Source: an uncultured Armatimonadia bacterium (lineage in GTDB: Bacteria > Armatimonadota > Zipacnadia > CAVVLO01). Taken from it: a stretch of 64,000 bases of DNA. A program made the translations under genes and the position numbers. The stretch covers positions 192,001-256,000 of the forward strand of contig CAVVLO010000001.1 in the NCBI GenBank assembly GCA_963749155.1, given 5' to 3'. Below the pieces are notes generated by a model, which did no database searches, was not told the DNA's origin, and was given only the letters and a program-made list of their open reading frames with translations. Shown here one piece after another: positions 46,679-56,670 of this stretch; the stretch's first letter is position 1, and every line of letters begins with the position of its first letter.

Positions 46679-47677
46679 CTAGCTCGACCTCGCCAGGTTC
46701 AATTTGGACCGGACTTCTTCCAGTGTGGCCTCGGCCACATCGCGACTTTTGGCGCTGCCAGCCTCGAGGATATCCCAGACCTCGCCTGGGCGCTGGGCCC
46801 AGTAGGCCTGTTTTTCCTGGATAGGCGCAAGCCGCTCGGACAGCAGTTGCATAAGCTGCTTCTTGCAAGCAACGCACCCAAGTCCGCCAGCCTGGCATTC
46901 CTTTTTAAGTTCAGCGACTTCCTCGGCGGGGGAGTAGACTTCCCTGAAGGCGAACACCGCGCACCCTTCCGGGTGGCCAGGATCGTCTTTCCGCAGCTTG
47001 GTCGGATCGGTGAACATACTGTTGACTTTCTCCTGCAGCGCCTTGGCGTCATCGGCCAGGTAGATGGCGTTGTCGAGGGACTTGCTCATCTTCTTCTGGC
47101 CATCGAGGCCCACGATGCGCGCGGTCGTCGTAACCAGAGCCTGCGGCTCGGGGAAGGTGTCACCATAAATATAGTTGAATCTCCGCGCAATCTCGCGGGT
47201 GATCTCCAGATGAGGGATCTGGTCCTCTCCAACTGGTACACAGTCAGACTTGTAGACCAGGATGTCCGCTGCCTGCAGCACAGGATAACCGAGCAGGCCA
47301 TAAGAGGCGTTCTCGCGCAGGTCCAGTTCGCGCAGCCACTCCTTATAGGTGGGGCAACGCTCCAGCCAGCCAAGGGGAGTAATCATCGAGAGCAGCAGAT
47401 GAAGCTCGGCGTGCTGCGGTACCCGCGACTGGATCATCAGCGTCGAGACCTCGGGCTCCAGCCCGACGCTCAACCAGTCGATAGTGACGCCGAGGATGTT
47501 CTCCTGCAGGTCTTCGACCTTCTGATAGCCAGTGGTAAGCATATGCCAGTCGGCGATGCCGAATACGCAGTCATACTCGTGCTGCAGCTTCACCCAGTTG
47601 GAGAGAGCCCCTTCGAGATTGCCCAGGTGAAGTCGGCCGGTCGGCCTCATTCCGGAAAAGATACGTCCTTTTGCCAA
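46679..47677 (-). CDS. trpS: Tryptophan--tRNA ligase
   Basis: SGMRPTG.LHLGN; YPVLQAADIL; VPVGEDQ; KMSKS. Confidence 0.97.
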   Translation of the reverse strand: MAKGRIFSGMRPTGRLHLGNLEGALSNWVKLQHEYDCVFGIADWHMLTTGYQKVEDLQENILGVTIDWLSVGLEPEVSTLMIQSRVPQHAELHLLLSMITPLGWLERCPTYKEWLRELDLRENASYGLLGYPVLQAADILVYKSDCVPVGEDQIPHLEITREIARRFNYIYGDTFPEPQALVTTTARIVGLDGQKKMSKSLDNAIYLADDAKALQEKVNSMFTDPTKLRKDDPGHPEGCAVFAFREVYSPAEEVAELKKECQAGGLGCVACKKQLMQLLSERLAPIQEKQAYWAQRPGEVWDILEAGSAKSRDVAEATLEEVRSKLNLARSS

Positions 47678-47712
47678 ATCGAGTCACTCCTGCATCGGAA
47701 AAGATCTCGCCT

Positions 47713-47741
47713 ATTCTATGCCGGCAGGCCCGTTCGCGCAA
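47713..47741 (-). promoter_or_regulatory. Sigma70-type promoter for trpS
   Basis: TTGCGC-N17-TAGAAT in the cca-trpS gap. Confidence 0.55.
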
Positions 47742-47748
47742 ATCCGGG

Positions 47749-50359
47749 TTAGCGTTTGCGGGCGGCTAGCTCGCGCCTGGCCAGTTCCAGTTCCGCGTCT
47801 TTGCCTGCGGCTTCACCATCGAGCCGGGCAGCGCGCAGCCTGTCCAGCAGGTCGCCAACCTCTGGCCCCTCGGGCAGCCCGAGCGCGAGCAGCTCTTCTC
47901 CGGTGACCTCGCCCTTGATATGGCGCCACTCGTAAAGGTAACGCTCGATCTTGTCGACCTTGCGAGAGCCCTGGCGATTCAGGGCATCGAGGTAGAGAAC
48001 TGTCAGCAGGTCGAACCTTTCCAGCAGCAGAGTGATCTCGCTTGGGCGATCGATATTGGAAAGGGTCTCAAGAGTCTCCAGCGCGCGTCCAAGCTGGGCC
48101 AGCACAACCACTGCGCGCTTGGACATCGAGAGCCTGGCCGCCATATGGAGTACGGCAGTCTCCTCGACCCCCTTCACCAGGGGCAGCAGATAAACCAGCC
48201 AGCGATCCTCCAGCGGGGCCTCCATCCGGCGCTCCCAGATTTCGACCACCGTGCTGATAATCCCAAGCTCTGCCAGGCGAGCCTCATCGAAGTGGAGGGC
48301 CGGATCCACGAAACGCAGCACGTCAAGATGGGCCATCCGGTGGATAGCGGGGACAGGATTCATCTCGCTAAGAATGAGAATCAACTCGTCGCGCACTCTG
48401 GGGCCGGAAAGTCGCGCCAGCAGGTCTTCCTCCCGCGCGTGGACGATAAGCTGCTCGGTATGGGGATCCATCCGGAAACCAAGCCTCTGCTCGAACCGGA
48501 TGGCGCGAAGGATGCGGGTTGGGTCTTCAACGAAGCTGAGACTGTGCAACACGCGCACAACCCCGCTGGCCAGGTCTTCGCGCCCCCCATAATAATCTAC
48601 CAGATTGCCAAAAAACTCCTGGTTGAGGCTGACCGCCATCGCGTTGATGGTGAAATCGCGCCTGGAGAGGTCTTCCTTCACAGAGGCCATCTGGACGGTC
48701 GGCAGGGCGCCAGGTTCATCGTAGTATTCGGCCCGCGCGCTCGCTACATCGAGCTTGAAGCCTCCAGGCAGGCTGACGACAGCGGTCATAAACTTGTCGT
48801 GGTGAGCGACCTTGCCCAGGAGACGCTTGCCCAGGCTTCGGGCGAAAGCGATCCCATCCCCCTCGACCAGCAAATCTACATCATAGTTGGGCTCGTAGAG
48901 CAGCAGGTCGCGCACGAAACCCCCGACCAGATAGACGTTGGCCTGCTTCTCGTCAGCAAGCTGGCCTGCCCGCTCGAGGACTTCCATCACATTGCGCGGC
49001 AGATGGCGCCAGCCTCGATCAGGCACCTTCTGCGGCAAGGCGCTGGGCAGGGGATATTCGCCGACATAGGTGGCTCCGTGCAAGGCGCGCAGTAGCTCGC
49101 CTCGCGTAACAACGCCGACTACCTGGGCCTCTTCAAGGACTGGTACCCGGCTAGCGTCGTTGTGCACCATCAAGCCGCTCCAGCGTGCGTAGAGAAGCAT
49201 CGGGGGGCGCGGTAGTGACCTTGCGGTTCGCGAAACTGCGCACGGGCGCCCGCATCAACTTGTGATACCGGGCCTTCTCCACATCGCGCTGGTCGATGGT
49301 GCCCAGCAGTTCTTCTCCATCCATCACAAGTAGCGTGTCGACCCCATGACGCATCAATTCGACCGCGGCGGCGCCCATCGTGATCTCGGGGCCGATGGAA
49401 TAGGCCGGACTGCTCATAATGTCGCGCGCCACCACCAGGGGGCGCACGCGCTCATGGATGGCGGCGATCAGGCGTTCCTCCACTTCATCGAGGGAAGTTG
49501 CCTCGAACCTGGCCGAACCTGCCCGGTGATGCCCGCCTCCGCCCAGAGGTTCCAAAATCGAGTTGATTGCGATGCTGTTGCTCTTGCTGCGACCCACGAT
49601 ATAGCAGGTCTGATCGCTCTGGGTCAGCGTGAAGACGGCATCGACGTTCTCAAGATCGCACAGCTTGTGGGTGAGATAGGCTATCTCGTCAACATAACCT
49701 GGCGCCTCGGCGCGCGCGACGGCCAGGCTAGCTCCGTGGACGGAGAGATAGCGCGTATGCTGCACGAGCTCGTTCAGCAGGCGACGCTGGTCGGGCGTCA
49801 GGGCGCGTTCTATGAAACCTGAGACCACATCCAGGTTGGCTCCTTGTGCAAGCAACCAGGCGGCAGCCTCAAGGTCGTCTGGAGTGGTGCTGCTGAAGGT
49901 GAAACTGCCTGTATCCTCGTAAAGACCTAGTGAGAAAAGGGTCGCCTCGAAGGGAGTCAGCTTGATGCGGCGCCGCTTGAGTTCGCGCGCAAGCAGGGTG
50001 ATAGTGGCCCCGACCGGCTCGATAGTGACGTGAGGCGTATCAATCACATCCACTTCCGCAGGATGGTGGTCGAAGAGGTAGACGGTAACATCCGGATCCA
50101 GCACGCGCTGCCGCAGGTCGGCCAGGCGGTCAGCGTGGTGGGTATCTACGACGATGATCGTGTTGAAACGCTCTGGCTCGTCGAAGGGGCTTGATTCGAG
50201 TTCGGGCAGCTTGCCCTGATGCAGAGTGACGAATTCGCGGACATTGCGCTCCAGCCCACCTGCGATGGAGATAAAGGCTCCCGGCCACAGCTTGGCAGCC
50301 GCCACCGCTGAGGCCAGCGCGTCAAAATCCACCGACTTGTGAGTGATTATGGCCTGCAT
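47749..50359 (-). CDS. cca: DHH-CBS-CCA tRNA nucleotidyltransferase (frameshift near 49172)
   Basis: DFDA, DHH, EDTG and GGGGH; a CBS pair split across two frames; YLVGGFVRDLL, DVD, RRDFTINA and EDPTRILRA.RF. Confidence 0.88.
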
Positions 50360-50375
50360 CCGGCCACCTGGGCGC

Positions 50376-51692
50376 CTAGCCCTTCAGCCGATCGGGCAGC
50401 ACCTCATGACTAATCAGGTCGGCCAGCGTCTCGCGCCGCACGATGACTTCGGCCTTCCCATTTGAGAGCAGCACCATTGCCGGCCGAGGGAACTTGTTAT
50501 AGTTGCTCGACATCGCATAATTGTATGCGCCTGTCGTCATTACACAAAGGATATCGCCTGGCTCGGGCTTTGGCAGCACAACATCGCGGAAAAGCACATC
50601 GGTCTCGCAATGCTTGCCCGAAACGGTAACCTGCTCGGTGGCTTCCTGCTTGGCCTTGTTGGCGAGCAACACTGTGTAGACGGCCTCGTAGAGCGCAGGG
50701 CGCGGGTTGTCGGACAGACCGCCATCTACGGCGATATACTTGCGGACGCCAGGCACTTCCTTCACCGGGCCAACCGTATAAAGGGTAATACAGGCCTCGC
50801 CCACAATACCCCGGCCAGGTTCGATCATAAGCTTGGGATAGGGCCTGGCGAGTTCGTCACATTCCTTGATGATAGGCTTGATGACGGCATCGAGATACTG
50901 CTCCACCGAGGGAGGCGCGTCATCGGCCAGATACCGGATGCCCAGGCCACCGCCGGAGTTGAGCTCTTCGGGCCAGAAACCGGTCTCGTGCAGCACTTCC
51001 TTGAGGAAGGCCATCACGAGCGTGGAGGCCACTTCGAAGCTCTCCAGCCCGAAAATCTGCGAACCTATATGCTGGTGCACGCCCCACAGCTTGAGATTGG
51101 GCAGCTCGAGGGCGCGCTTGATAGCCTTCATAGCCTGGCCAGTCGCGATGCCGAAGCCAAACTTGGTGTCTATCTGGCCAGTCTGGATGTAAGTATGGGT
51201 CTTCGGCTTGATGCCAGGGGTCACGCGCAGCAAGATATCAGCGGTCAGGTCGGCTTCACCGGCCAGGGCGCTGATTATCTCAAGTTCTTCAATCGAATCG
51301 ACGATTATCCGCTTTACGCCTTTACCGAGGGCCATTTGCAGTTCGGCAAGCGACTTGAAGTTGCCGTGCATATAGCAACTGCTGGCGGGGACGCCGGCTT
51401 CGAGGGCGCAGTAGAGTTCGCCCGCCGAGGCGACGTCGAGGGAAAGGCCTTCCTGCCAGACGATTTTGTCTATGGCAAGCGAGGGCAGCGCCTTCGAGGC
51501 ATAGAGCACCTCGGCCTGGCCGGGGTATTTTTCCTCGATGACGACCTTGTAAGTGCGAGCGTTGCTGCGCAGCAACTGCTCGTCGACGACCCAGAGCGGG
51601 GTGCCGAATTGCTCGACTAGCGCGACACAATCGTGCCCGCCGAAGGTCAGATGGCCCTTGTCATTGGTGCCTACCAGGTCAAGCAGCCCCAT
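50376..51692 (-). CDS. lysA: Diaminopimelate decarboxylase
   Basis: YASKA; HGNFK; KFG; HIGSQIF; EPGR; HCETD; GAYNYAMSSNYN. Confidence 0.96.
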   Translation of the reverse strand: MGLLDLVGTNDKGHLTFGGHDCVALVEQFGTPLWVVDEQLLRSNARTYKVVIEEKYPGQAEVLYASKALPSLAIDKIVWQEGLSLDVASAGELYCALEAGVPASSCYMHGNFKSLAELQMALGKGVKRIIVDSIEELEIISALAGEADLTADILLRVTPGIKPKTHTYIQTGQIDTKFGFGIATGQAMKAIKRALELPNLKLWGVHQHIGSQIFGLESFEVASTLVMAFLKEVLHETGFWPEELNSGGGLGIRYLADDAPPSVEQYLDAVIKPIIKECDELARPYPKLMIEPGRGIVGEACITLYTVGPVKEVPGVRKYIAVDGGLSDNPRPALYEAVYTVLLANKAKQEATEQVTVSGKHCETDVLFRDVVLPKPEPGDILCVMTTGAYNYAMSSNYNKFPRPAMVLLSNGKAEVIVRRETLADLISHEVLPDRLKG

Positions 51693-51780
51693 AAGCTGCT
51701 CCTCCCTCGTCCTTAGGCGAAACTTCGGACAATTGAAAATGCGACGCGTCAGGCCAAACTGGCCGCGCGTCGTGGCCGGG

Positions 51781-51809
51781 ATAGTAGCACAGGCCTAAAG
51801 AAGCGTCAA
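51781..51809 (-). promoter_or_regulatory. Sigma70-type promoter for lysA
   Basis: TTGACG-N17-TACTAT with an extended -10 TG. Confidence 0.7.
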
Positions 51810-51846
51810 AAGGGAGCCCGCCAGCTTTGGCGCGGTTAGGCCAGCT

Positions 51847-51876
51847 TTGACAGGGGTCGGAGGCGAAGCATAGAAT
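51847..51876 (+). promoter_or_regulatory. Sigma70-type promoter for the dinG-like operon (probably leaderless)
   Basis: TTGACA-N18-TAGAAT ending 6 nt before GTG 51883; no Shine-Dalgarno sequence. Confidence 0.7.
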
Positions 51877-51882
51877 GACCTC

Positions 51883-53937
51883 GTGGAATCCCTCGAACGG
51901 ATACTGGGCCCGGGTGGCCCCCTGGCGGCCAGGCTTCCGAATTATGAGGTGCGCCCCCAGCAGATAGAGCTTGCCGAAGCGGTGGGGCGCGCCATCACCG
52001 AAGGCCAGGTGCTGCTTGCCGAGGCGGGCACTGGCTGCGGCAAGAGCTTTGCTTATGCCATCCCCTTCCTGCTCTGGGCTAACGAGCTGCGCGGCCAGCG
52101 CAAAGTCGCCTTCTCTACCTATACCAAAGCTTTGCAGCAGCAACTTGCAAGCAAAGACCTGCCTCTCCTGCTCGAAGTGCTCGGACTTGACCTCAAAGTC
52201 GAAGTCGTGATGGGCATCGAGAACTATATCTGTATGCGCAGATTTATCCAGCGGATGGATTTCCTGCGGCAGACGGGGCTTGAATCACTGGACAATGACC
52301 TCAACGAGGCCTTTGGCGCGCCCAGGACCGATGAACTTCGCAAGGTCGAGAAGTGGATTAAGGCCGGTGGCAGCGGCAACCTGGAAGATTGCACTTTCCG
52401 CCTGTCGCCGACTACCCGCGCTGCCATCTCGCATACCCGCTATGCTTGCGCTTATCCCCAGTGCCCTCATCTGCGCGACTGCGTGTGGATGGACCTCAAG
52501 CGCGCTGTGGCGAAAGCCGATGTCATCGTGGCGAACCACCACATATTTTTGCTTGAATCCGAAGGCAGTCAGTTGCTCCCTCGCTGTGACGGGGTGGTCT
52601 TCGACGAAGGGCAGGCGCTGGAGGATGCCGCCAGTGCTGTGCTCGGGGAAAGGCTGTCGCAGCATTTTGTGACCAGCCTGCTCAGGGGCGTTTTGGCCTC
52701 GCAGGGTCCGCTTGGGCTTGCAAGTGACCTCTCGCCGGGCGAGGTGGAGATGACGCGAAATCAAATCCAGTTCGTGCTGGACGAGACGCGCGCTTTCTTC
52801 CAGGCGGTGCGCGGGCATGTCTGGACGCGTTATGGGGGCAGTGAAGAGGTGCGCCTCCAGGAACCGCTTGCGGTGCAGGATACCCTGGCCGGTCCGCTTG
52901 AGGATCTGGCTGCTTCCCTGCAGGACCTGGCGGGTCATACCAGCAGGCAGGAGGCTTCTGTCGAACTGGCGGGGGCAGCCAAGGCGTTGTTGGACGTGCA
53001 GGCGGGGCTTTCGACTATTATCACGGTCTCCCAGCCCGATCACGTCTACTGGCTGGAATCAGAACAGCGCGCCGATGCGGATGTCGCGCTCAATTCTGCC
53101 CCTGTCGAGCCGGGCCAGGCGCTGGCCGAGCGAATCTTCGAGCAGTATGCGCCCGCGGTTGTCACCTCCGCGACCCTCAGGGTGGGAGGCAGCTTCGAGT
53201 TTGTGCGCAGCCGGATCGGCGCCCACGAGGCAGGAGAGCTCTCGGTGAGTTCGCCCTTCGATTATTCGAGTCGCTGCAAACTCTATTTGCCTCCCTCTAT
53301 GCCCGACCCAGGCAGGCAAGCCCACGATTATGAAGCCCGGCTGCTGCCTCTGATAGGCGAGTTACTTGAGGTCAGCAGGGGACGCGCTTTTGTGCTTTTC
53401 ACCAGTTACCGGCAGATGGAAGCCGCGGCTACCTGGCTCGAGGATGAAGGTTTCGATGACAAATATGGCCTGCTGGTGCAAGGCGACCTGCCGCGCCACG
53501 AGTTGCTGGAACGCTTCCGGGGGACGCCAGGTTCGGTGCTGCTTGGCACTCGCACCTTCTGGCAGGGCGTCGATGTGCCGGGCGAGGCGCTGGTCGCAGT
53601 AATTATCGCCAAACTCCCCTTCCAGGTGCCGGACGAGCCGCTAGTGCAGGCTCGGTGTCAGGCAATCGAACGCAGGGGAGGCAATCCTTTTATGGAATAT
53701 TCCGTTCCAACGGCGGCGATGGCGCTGAGACAGGCTTTTGGGCGACTCATCCGCACGCGGGAGGACTATGGGCTGGTCGCTGTGCTCGACCCCCGGTTGC
53801 GCACGAAGCGCTACGGGGAGTTCTTCCTCGAGTCGCTGCCCGACTGTCCTGTGACCTCTGATATGGACGAGTTGCGCGAAGCCTTCGCCTTCTGGGAGAA
53901 TCTCCCGGCCGGCGCGACCGGCCAAGGGGCTGGATGA
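51883..53937 (+). CDS. DinG/YoaA family ATP-dependent helicase
   Basis: RPQQ; EAGTGCGKS; Cys cluster; VANH; FDEG; TSATL; LFTSY; FWQGVDVPG; QAFGRLIR. Confidence 0.93.
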   Translation: MESLERILGPGGPLAARLPNYEVRPQQIELAEAVGRAITEGQVLLAEAGTGCGKSFAYAIPFLLWANELRGQRKVAFSTYTKALQQQLASKDLPLLLEVLGLDLKVEVVMGIENYICMRRFIQRMDFLRQTGLESLDNDLNEAFGAPRTDELRKVEKWIKAGGSGNLEDCTFRLSPTTRAAISHTRYACAYPQCPHLRDCVWMDLKRAVAKADVIVANHHIFLLESEGSQLLPRCDGVVFDEGQALEDAASAVLGERLSQHFVTSLLRGVLASQGPLGLASDLSPGEVEMTRNQIQFVLDETRAFFQAVRGHVWTRYGGSEEVRLQEPLAVQDTLAGPLEDLAASLQDLAGHTSRQEASVELAGAAKALLDVQAGLSTIITVSQPDHVYWLESEQRADADVALNSAPVEPGQALAERIFEQYAPAVVTSATLRVGGSFEFVRSRIGAHEAGELSVSSPFDYSSRCKLYLPPSMPDPGRQAHDYEARLLPLIGELLEVSRGRAFVLFTSYRQMEAAATWLEDEGFDDKYGLLVQGDLPRHELLERFRGTPGSVLLGTRTFWQGVDVPGEALVAVIIAKLPFQVPDEPLVQARCQAIERRGGNPFMEYSVPTAAMALRQAFGRLIRTREDYGLVAVLDPRLRTKRYGEFFLESLPDCPVTSDMDELREAFAFWENLPAGATGQGAG

Positions 53938-54815
53938 TGAGTCTGGGGCTCAAAGCGGCGCTTCAGCATACCTGGAAGTTTTGGGTGGAAGTGGGGGACG
54001 AGTTATTCCTCCACAAGGCGTCCCTTATGGCGGCTGGCATTGCCTATTTTGCGGTGCTGGCGGTCTTCCCCTTGCTGCTGGTCGTGATGGCGGCTGGCGC
54101 GGCAATAATTGGCAGCAGTCAGAAGATGCTCGATCTCATCTACGAAGGCCTCTCCCAGATAATGATCCCGAGCGCCGTGGGCACCATAATAACGGTCATC
54201 AGCGAAGCCATTGACTCGGGCCTGCTGGTCGGAGGACTCAGCATACTGCTGCTGGTCTGGGCCGCTACTCACGTCTTCCGCCTGACCAGCACCGCTCTTG
54301 ATTCCCTCTGGCACGCCAAGCATCGCCCGCGCGCGGTGGTGAATATCCTGAGGTCGCTATTAGTCGTGACGGTGCTCACCGTCTCGGGCCTGCTGGCCTT
54401 TGGCCTTACGGTGATGTTCTCGCTTATTGAGAACTGGAGCGCCGAACATCCAATGGTACTCGGGCTAACCTCGCTCTTCTCGCCGATGCCCTCCTGGACC
54501 TCACCTCTTCTTGGATTTGGGCTTACTTTAATTTTCTACACACTGGTGCACAAGTATCTGCCCACGCGCAAAATTGCCTGGAAATATGCTCTGGTAGCCG
54601 GTATGCTCTCAGGCACAATGTCGGAGGCGGCCAAGCTCCTCTTCACCTTGCTGGTGGTCCGGCCTGGAAGCTACCTGCACATATATGGGCCTATCGCAGG
54701 TATGGTATTGCTGGTTTTGTGGTTCTACTATGCGGCCAACTGCCTGCTGATCGGCGCTGCGGCGGCCCGGCTTTATGAGAAGCAGGAACTTGCCCAGCAG
54801 GGGAAGGAAGTATGA
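53934..54815 (+). CDS. YihY / virulence factor BrkB family membrane protein
   Basis: AAGIAYFAVLAVFP; YLP; IYGPIAG...LWFYY...LIGA. Confidence 0.88.
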   Translation: MMSLGLKAALQHTWKFWVEVGDELFLHKASLMAAGIAYFAVLAVFPLLLVVMAAGAAIIGSSQKMLDLIYEGLSQIMIPSAVGTIITVISEAIDSGLLVGGLSILLLVWAATHVFRLTSTALDSLWHAKHRPRAVVNILRSLLVVTVLTVSGLLAFGLTVMFSLIENWSAEHPMVLGLTSLFSPMPSWTSPLLGFGLTLIFYTLVHKYLPTRKIAWKYALVAGMLSGTMSEAAKLLFTLLVVRPGSYLHIYGPIAGMVLLVLWFYYAANCLLIGAAAARLYEKQELAQQGKEV

Positions 54816-55642
54816 GCGAGCCTCCCGTACAGCAGCAGGAACGCGCGCTGCCCATTTCAATGCCCCGGGCGCTTGGCAGGCCGCTGGTCGCGCTTTTCGA
54901 CCGGCTGGGACTGGTCGTGGCGGCCAACCTCCTCTTCACGGGCGCGCTGCTTGTCCCGCTGTCGATTTCCTATCTCCTTCGCGAGCCAATGAACCTGGGC
55001 GCCGCCTTGACTGTCTTGTCCGCTCTGCTTATAACAGGGCCGGTCTGGTTCGGCCTGGTAGACGTGATGGGCAAGATCGTCGGGCGCGATTCGGCCAGCT
55101 TTCTTGATTTGCTGCTGGCGACGGGCAAGCATTATATTAAGGCTGTAGGCTGGGGACTCTTTGCGCTGGCAGGGCTTGTCATCACCTGGGCAGCGGGCAC
55201 CATCTACCTGGGGCTGCTTGCTCTAGCCCGCTCTGATGGGCTAGGCTCTCCCTCGGACTGGCTGTTGCTTGCCGCTGCCGGGCTGTTTGGCCTGGCCGCA
55301 GCGGCGCTGATTCTGATCCAGCTTTATGTGGCGCCCCTGATAACCTTGAACAACGAACCACTGTTCAAGGCTTTTCGCAAGGCGGCGCTGCTGGCTCTGG
55401 ACAACCTGCCACTTACCTTGCTCGCCTGGCTGGAGCTTGGAGCGGGGATTCTGGTTGTCCTTTTGCCTTCGACGCTGGCTGAACTGCTGCAGGCGGCAGG
55501 GGATTTGAACGCCTTCACGTATCTGTTTACCGCCTGCCTGTACTGGAGTTTCGCGGCACTGGTGGCGACTTCGGTCACCCTGGCGCTGCTCAGGAAGTAT
55601 GGCCTTTCGGCCGACGATTTCTACGATGCTGTAAGGGAGTGA
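54812..55642 (+). CDS. Hypothetical multi-pass membrane protein (possibly DUF624-like)
   Basis: Several hydrophobic segments; ANLL...GP...FRKAALLALDN; overlaps neighbours by 4 nt. Confidence 0.65.
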   Translation: MSEPPVQQQERALPISMPRALGRPLVALFDRLGLVVAANLLFTGALLVPLSISYLLREPMNLGAALTVLSALLITGPVWFGLVDVMGKIVGRDSASFLDLLLATGKHYIKAVGWGLFALAGLVITWAAGTIYLGLLALARSDGLGSPSDWLLLAAAGLFGLAAAALILIQLYVAPLITLNNEPLFKAFRKAALLALDNLPLTLLAWLELGAGILVVLLPSTLAELLQAAGDLNAFTYLFTACLYWSFAALVATSVTLALLRKYGLSADDFYDAVRE

Positions 55643-56589
55643 GTAGTGTGGCACAGGTAGCCTGTCTTGGGATTCTGGTGGCCGATTTGCTCTGTCGTCC
55701 GGTAGACAGATATCCCGGGCGTGGAGAGTTGGTACTGGTAGATGAGATGTCGCTTCACACGGGGGGATGCGCCGCCAACACAGGCGTAGACCTCGTCAAA
55801 ATCGGTATTGAGACCGCAGTGCTGGGCAAAGTGGGCAACGACGGCCTTGGCGATTTCGTGCGTAACAAGCTGGGCACCACCGGGATAGACACGCAGGGCA
55901 TCGTGGTGGACCCGGTCACCAACACTTCGGGCACCAGTGTGCTGGTATTCAGTGATGGCGAGCGCAGCTTCGTCCATTACGTGGGCGCCAACGCCACTTA
56001 CAAGGTTTCCGATGTGCGCTGGGACGTAATCGAGGGCGCCAAAATACTCCACGTCGCCGGCCACTTCCTGATGCCGGGCTTCGATGGCGTGCCTTGTGCC
56101 CAGGTGATGAAAGAAGCCCAGCAGCGGGGGCTTATTACCACTCTTGACACCGCTGGGGCGCCTCGGCCCGACTGGGGAGAGCTTGTCACCCCCGTGCTGC
56201 CGTATGTGGATTACGCCCTGCCAAGCGAAAATGAAGCCCAGGTCATCACTGGCCAGACCGATGTCAGCAAGATAGCCGACTGGTTCCTCGAGCGAGGCGT
56301 GAAATACTGCGGCCTTAAGCGCGGCGGGGAAGGCTCCTATCTCAAGACAGCCGATGGCCAGGAAATCAGCAAGCCAATCTTCAGAGTTAACGCCTTTGAC
56401 ACCACGGGTTCGGGCGACGCCTTCGTGGCGGGCTTCCTGACGGGCCTGGTGATGGGCTGGTCGCTGGAGGACACACTGACTTTCGGCAACGCCACCGGCG
56501 CAATCTGCGCAACCTATGTTGGCGCAACAGCCGGAATGAAGACTCTGGCCGAAATCCAGGACTTCATCAAGACAACTCCGATGGGCTAG
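55639..56589 (+). CDS. PfkB family carbohydrate kinase
   Basis: GGCAANT...GKVGNDGLG; PSENEA; DTTGSGDAFVAG. Confidence 0.93.
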   Translation: MSSVAQVACLGILVADLLCRPVDRYPGRGELVLVDEMSLHTGGCAANTGVDLVKIGIETAVLGKVGNDGLGDFVRNKLGTTGIDTQGIVVDPVTNTSGTSVLVFSDGERSFVHYVGANATYKVSDVRWDVIEGAKILHVAGHFLMPGFDGVPCAQVMKEAQQRGLITTLDTAGAPRPDWGELVTPVLPYVDYALPSENEAQVITGQTDVSKIADWFLERGVKYCGLKRGGEGSYLKTADGQEISKPIFRVNAFDTTGSGDAFVAGFLTGLVMGWSLEDTLTFGNATGAICATYVGATAGMKTLAEIQDFIKTTPMG

Positions 56590-56615
56590 CGCGCAGTCAG
56601 AAAAAGGCCTGAAAT

Positions 56616-56646
56616 AAAAAAGGGCCACCTTTCGGGGTGGCCCTTC
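56616..56646. terminator. Intrinsic terminator between convergent genes
   Basis: AAAAAAGGGCCACC-TTTCGG-GGTGGCCCTT; U-tract on the minus strand. Confidence 0.8.
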
Positions 56647-56670
56647 TGCTTGCGGTTTTTTTAGGAGCCA

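Noticed and set aside
47678..47748. T-box leader for trpS
   Set aside because: The gap is 71 nt, contains a promoter-like motif and lacks the T-box sequence.
51693..51780. Lysine riboswitch upstream of lysA
   Set aside because: The predicted leader is about 80 nt, much shorter than the aptamer, and I could not see its conserved core.
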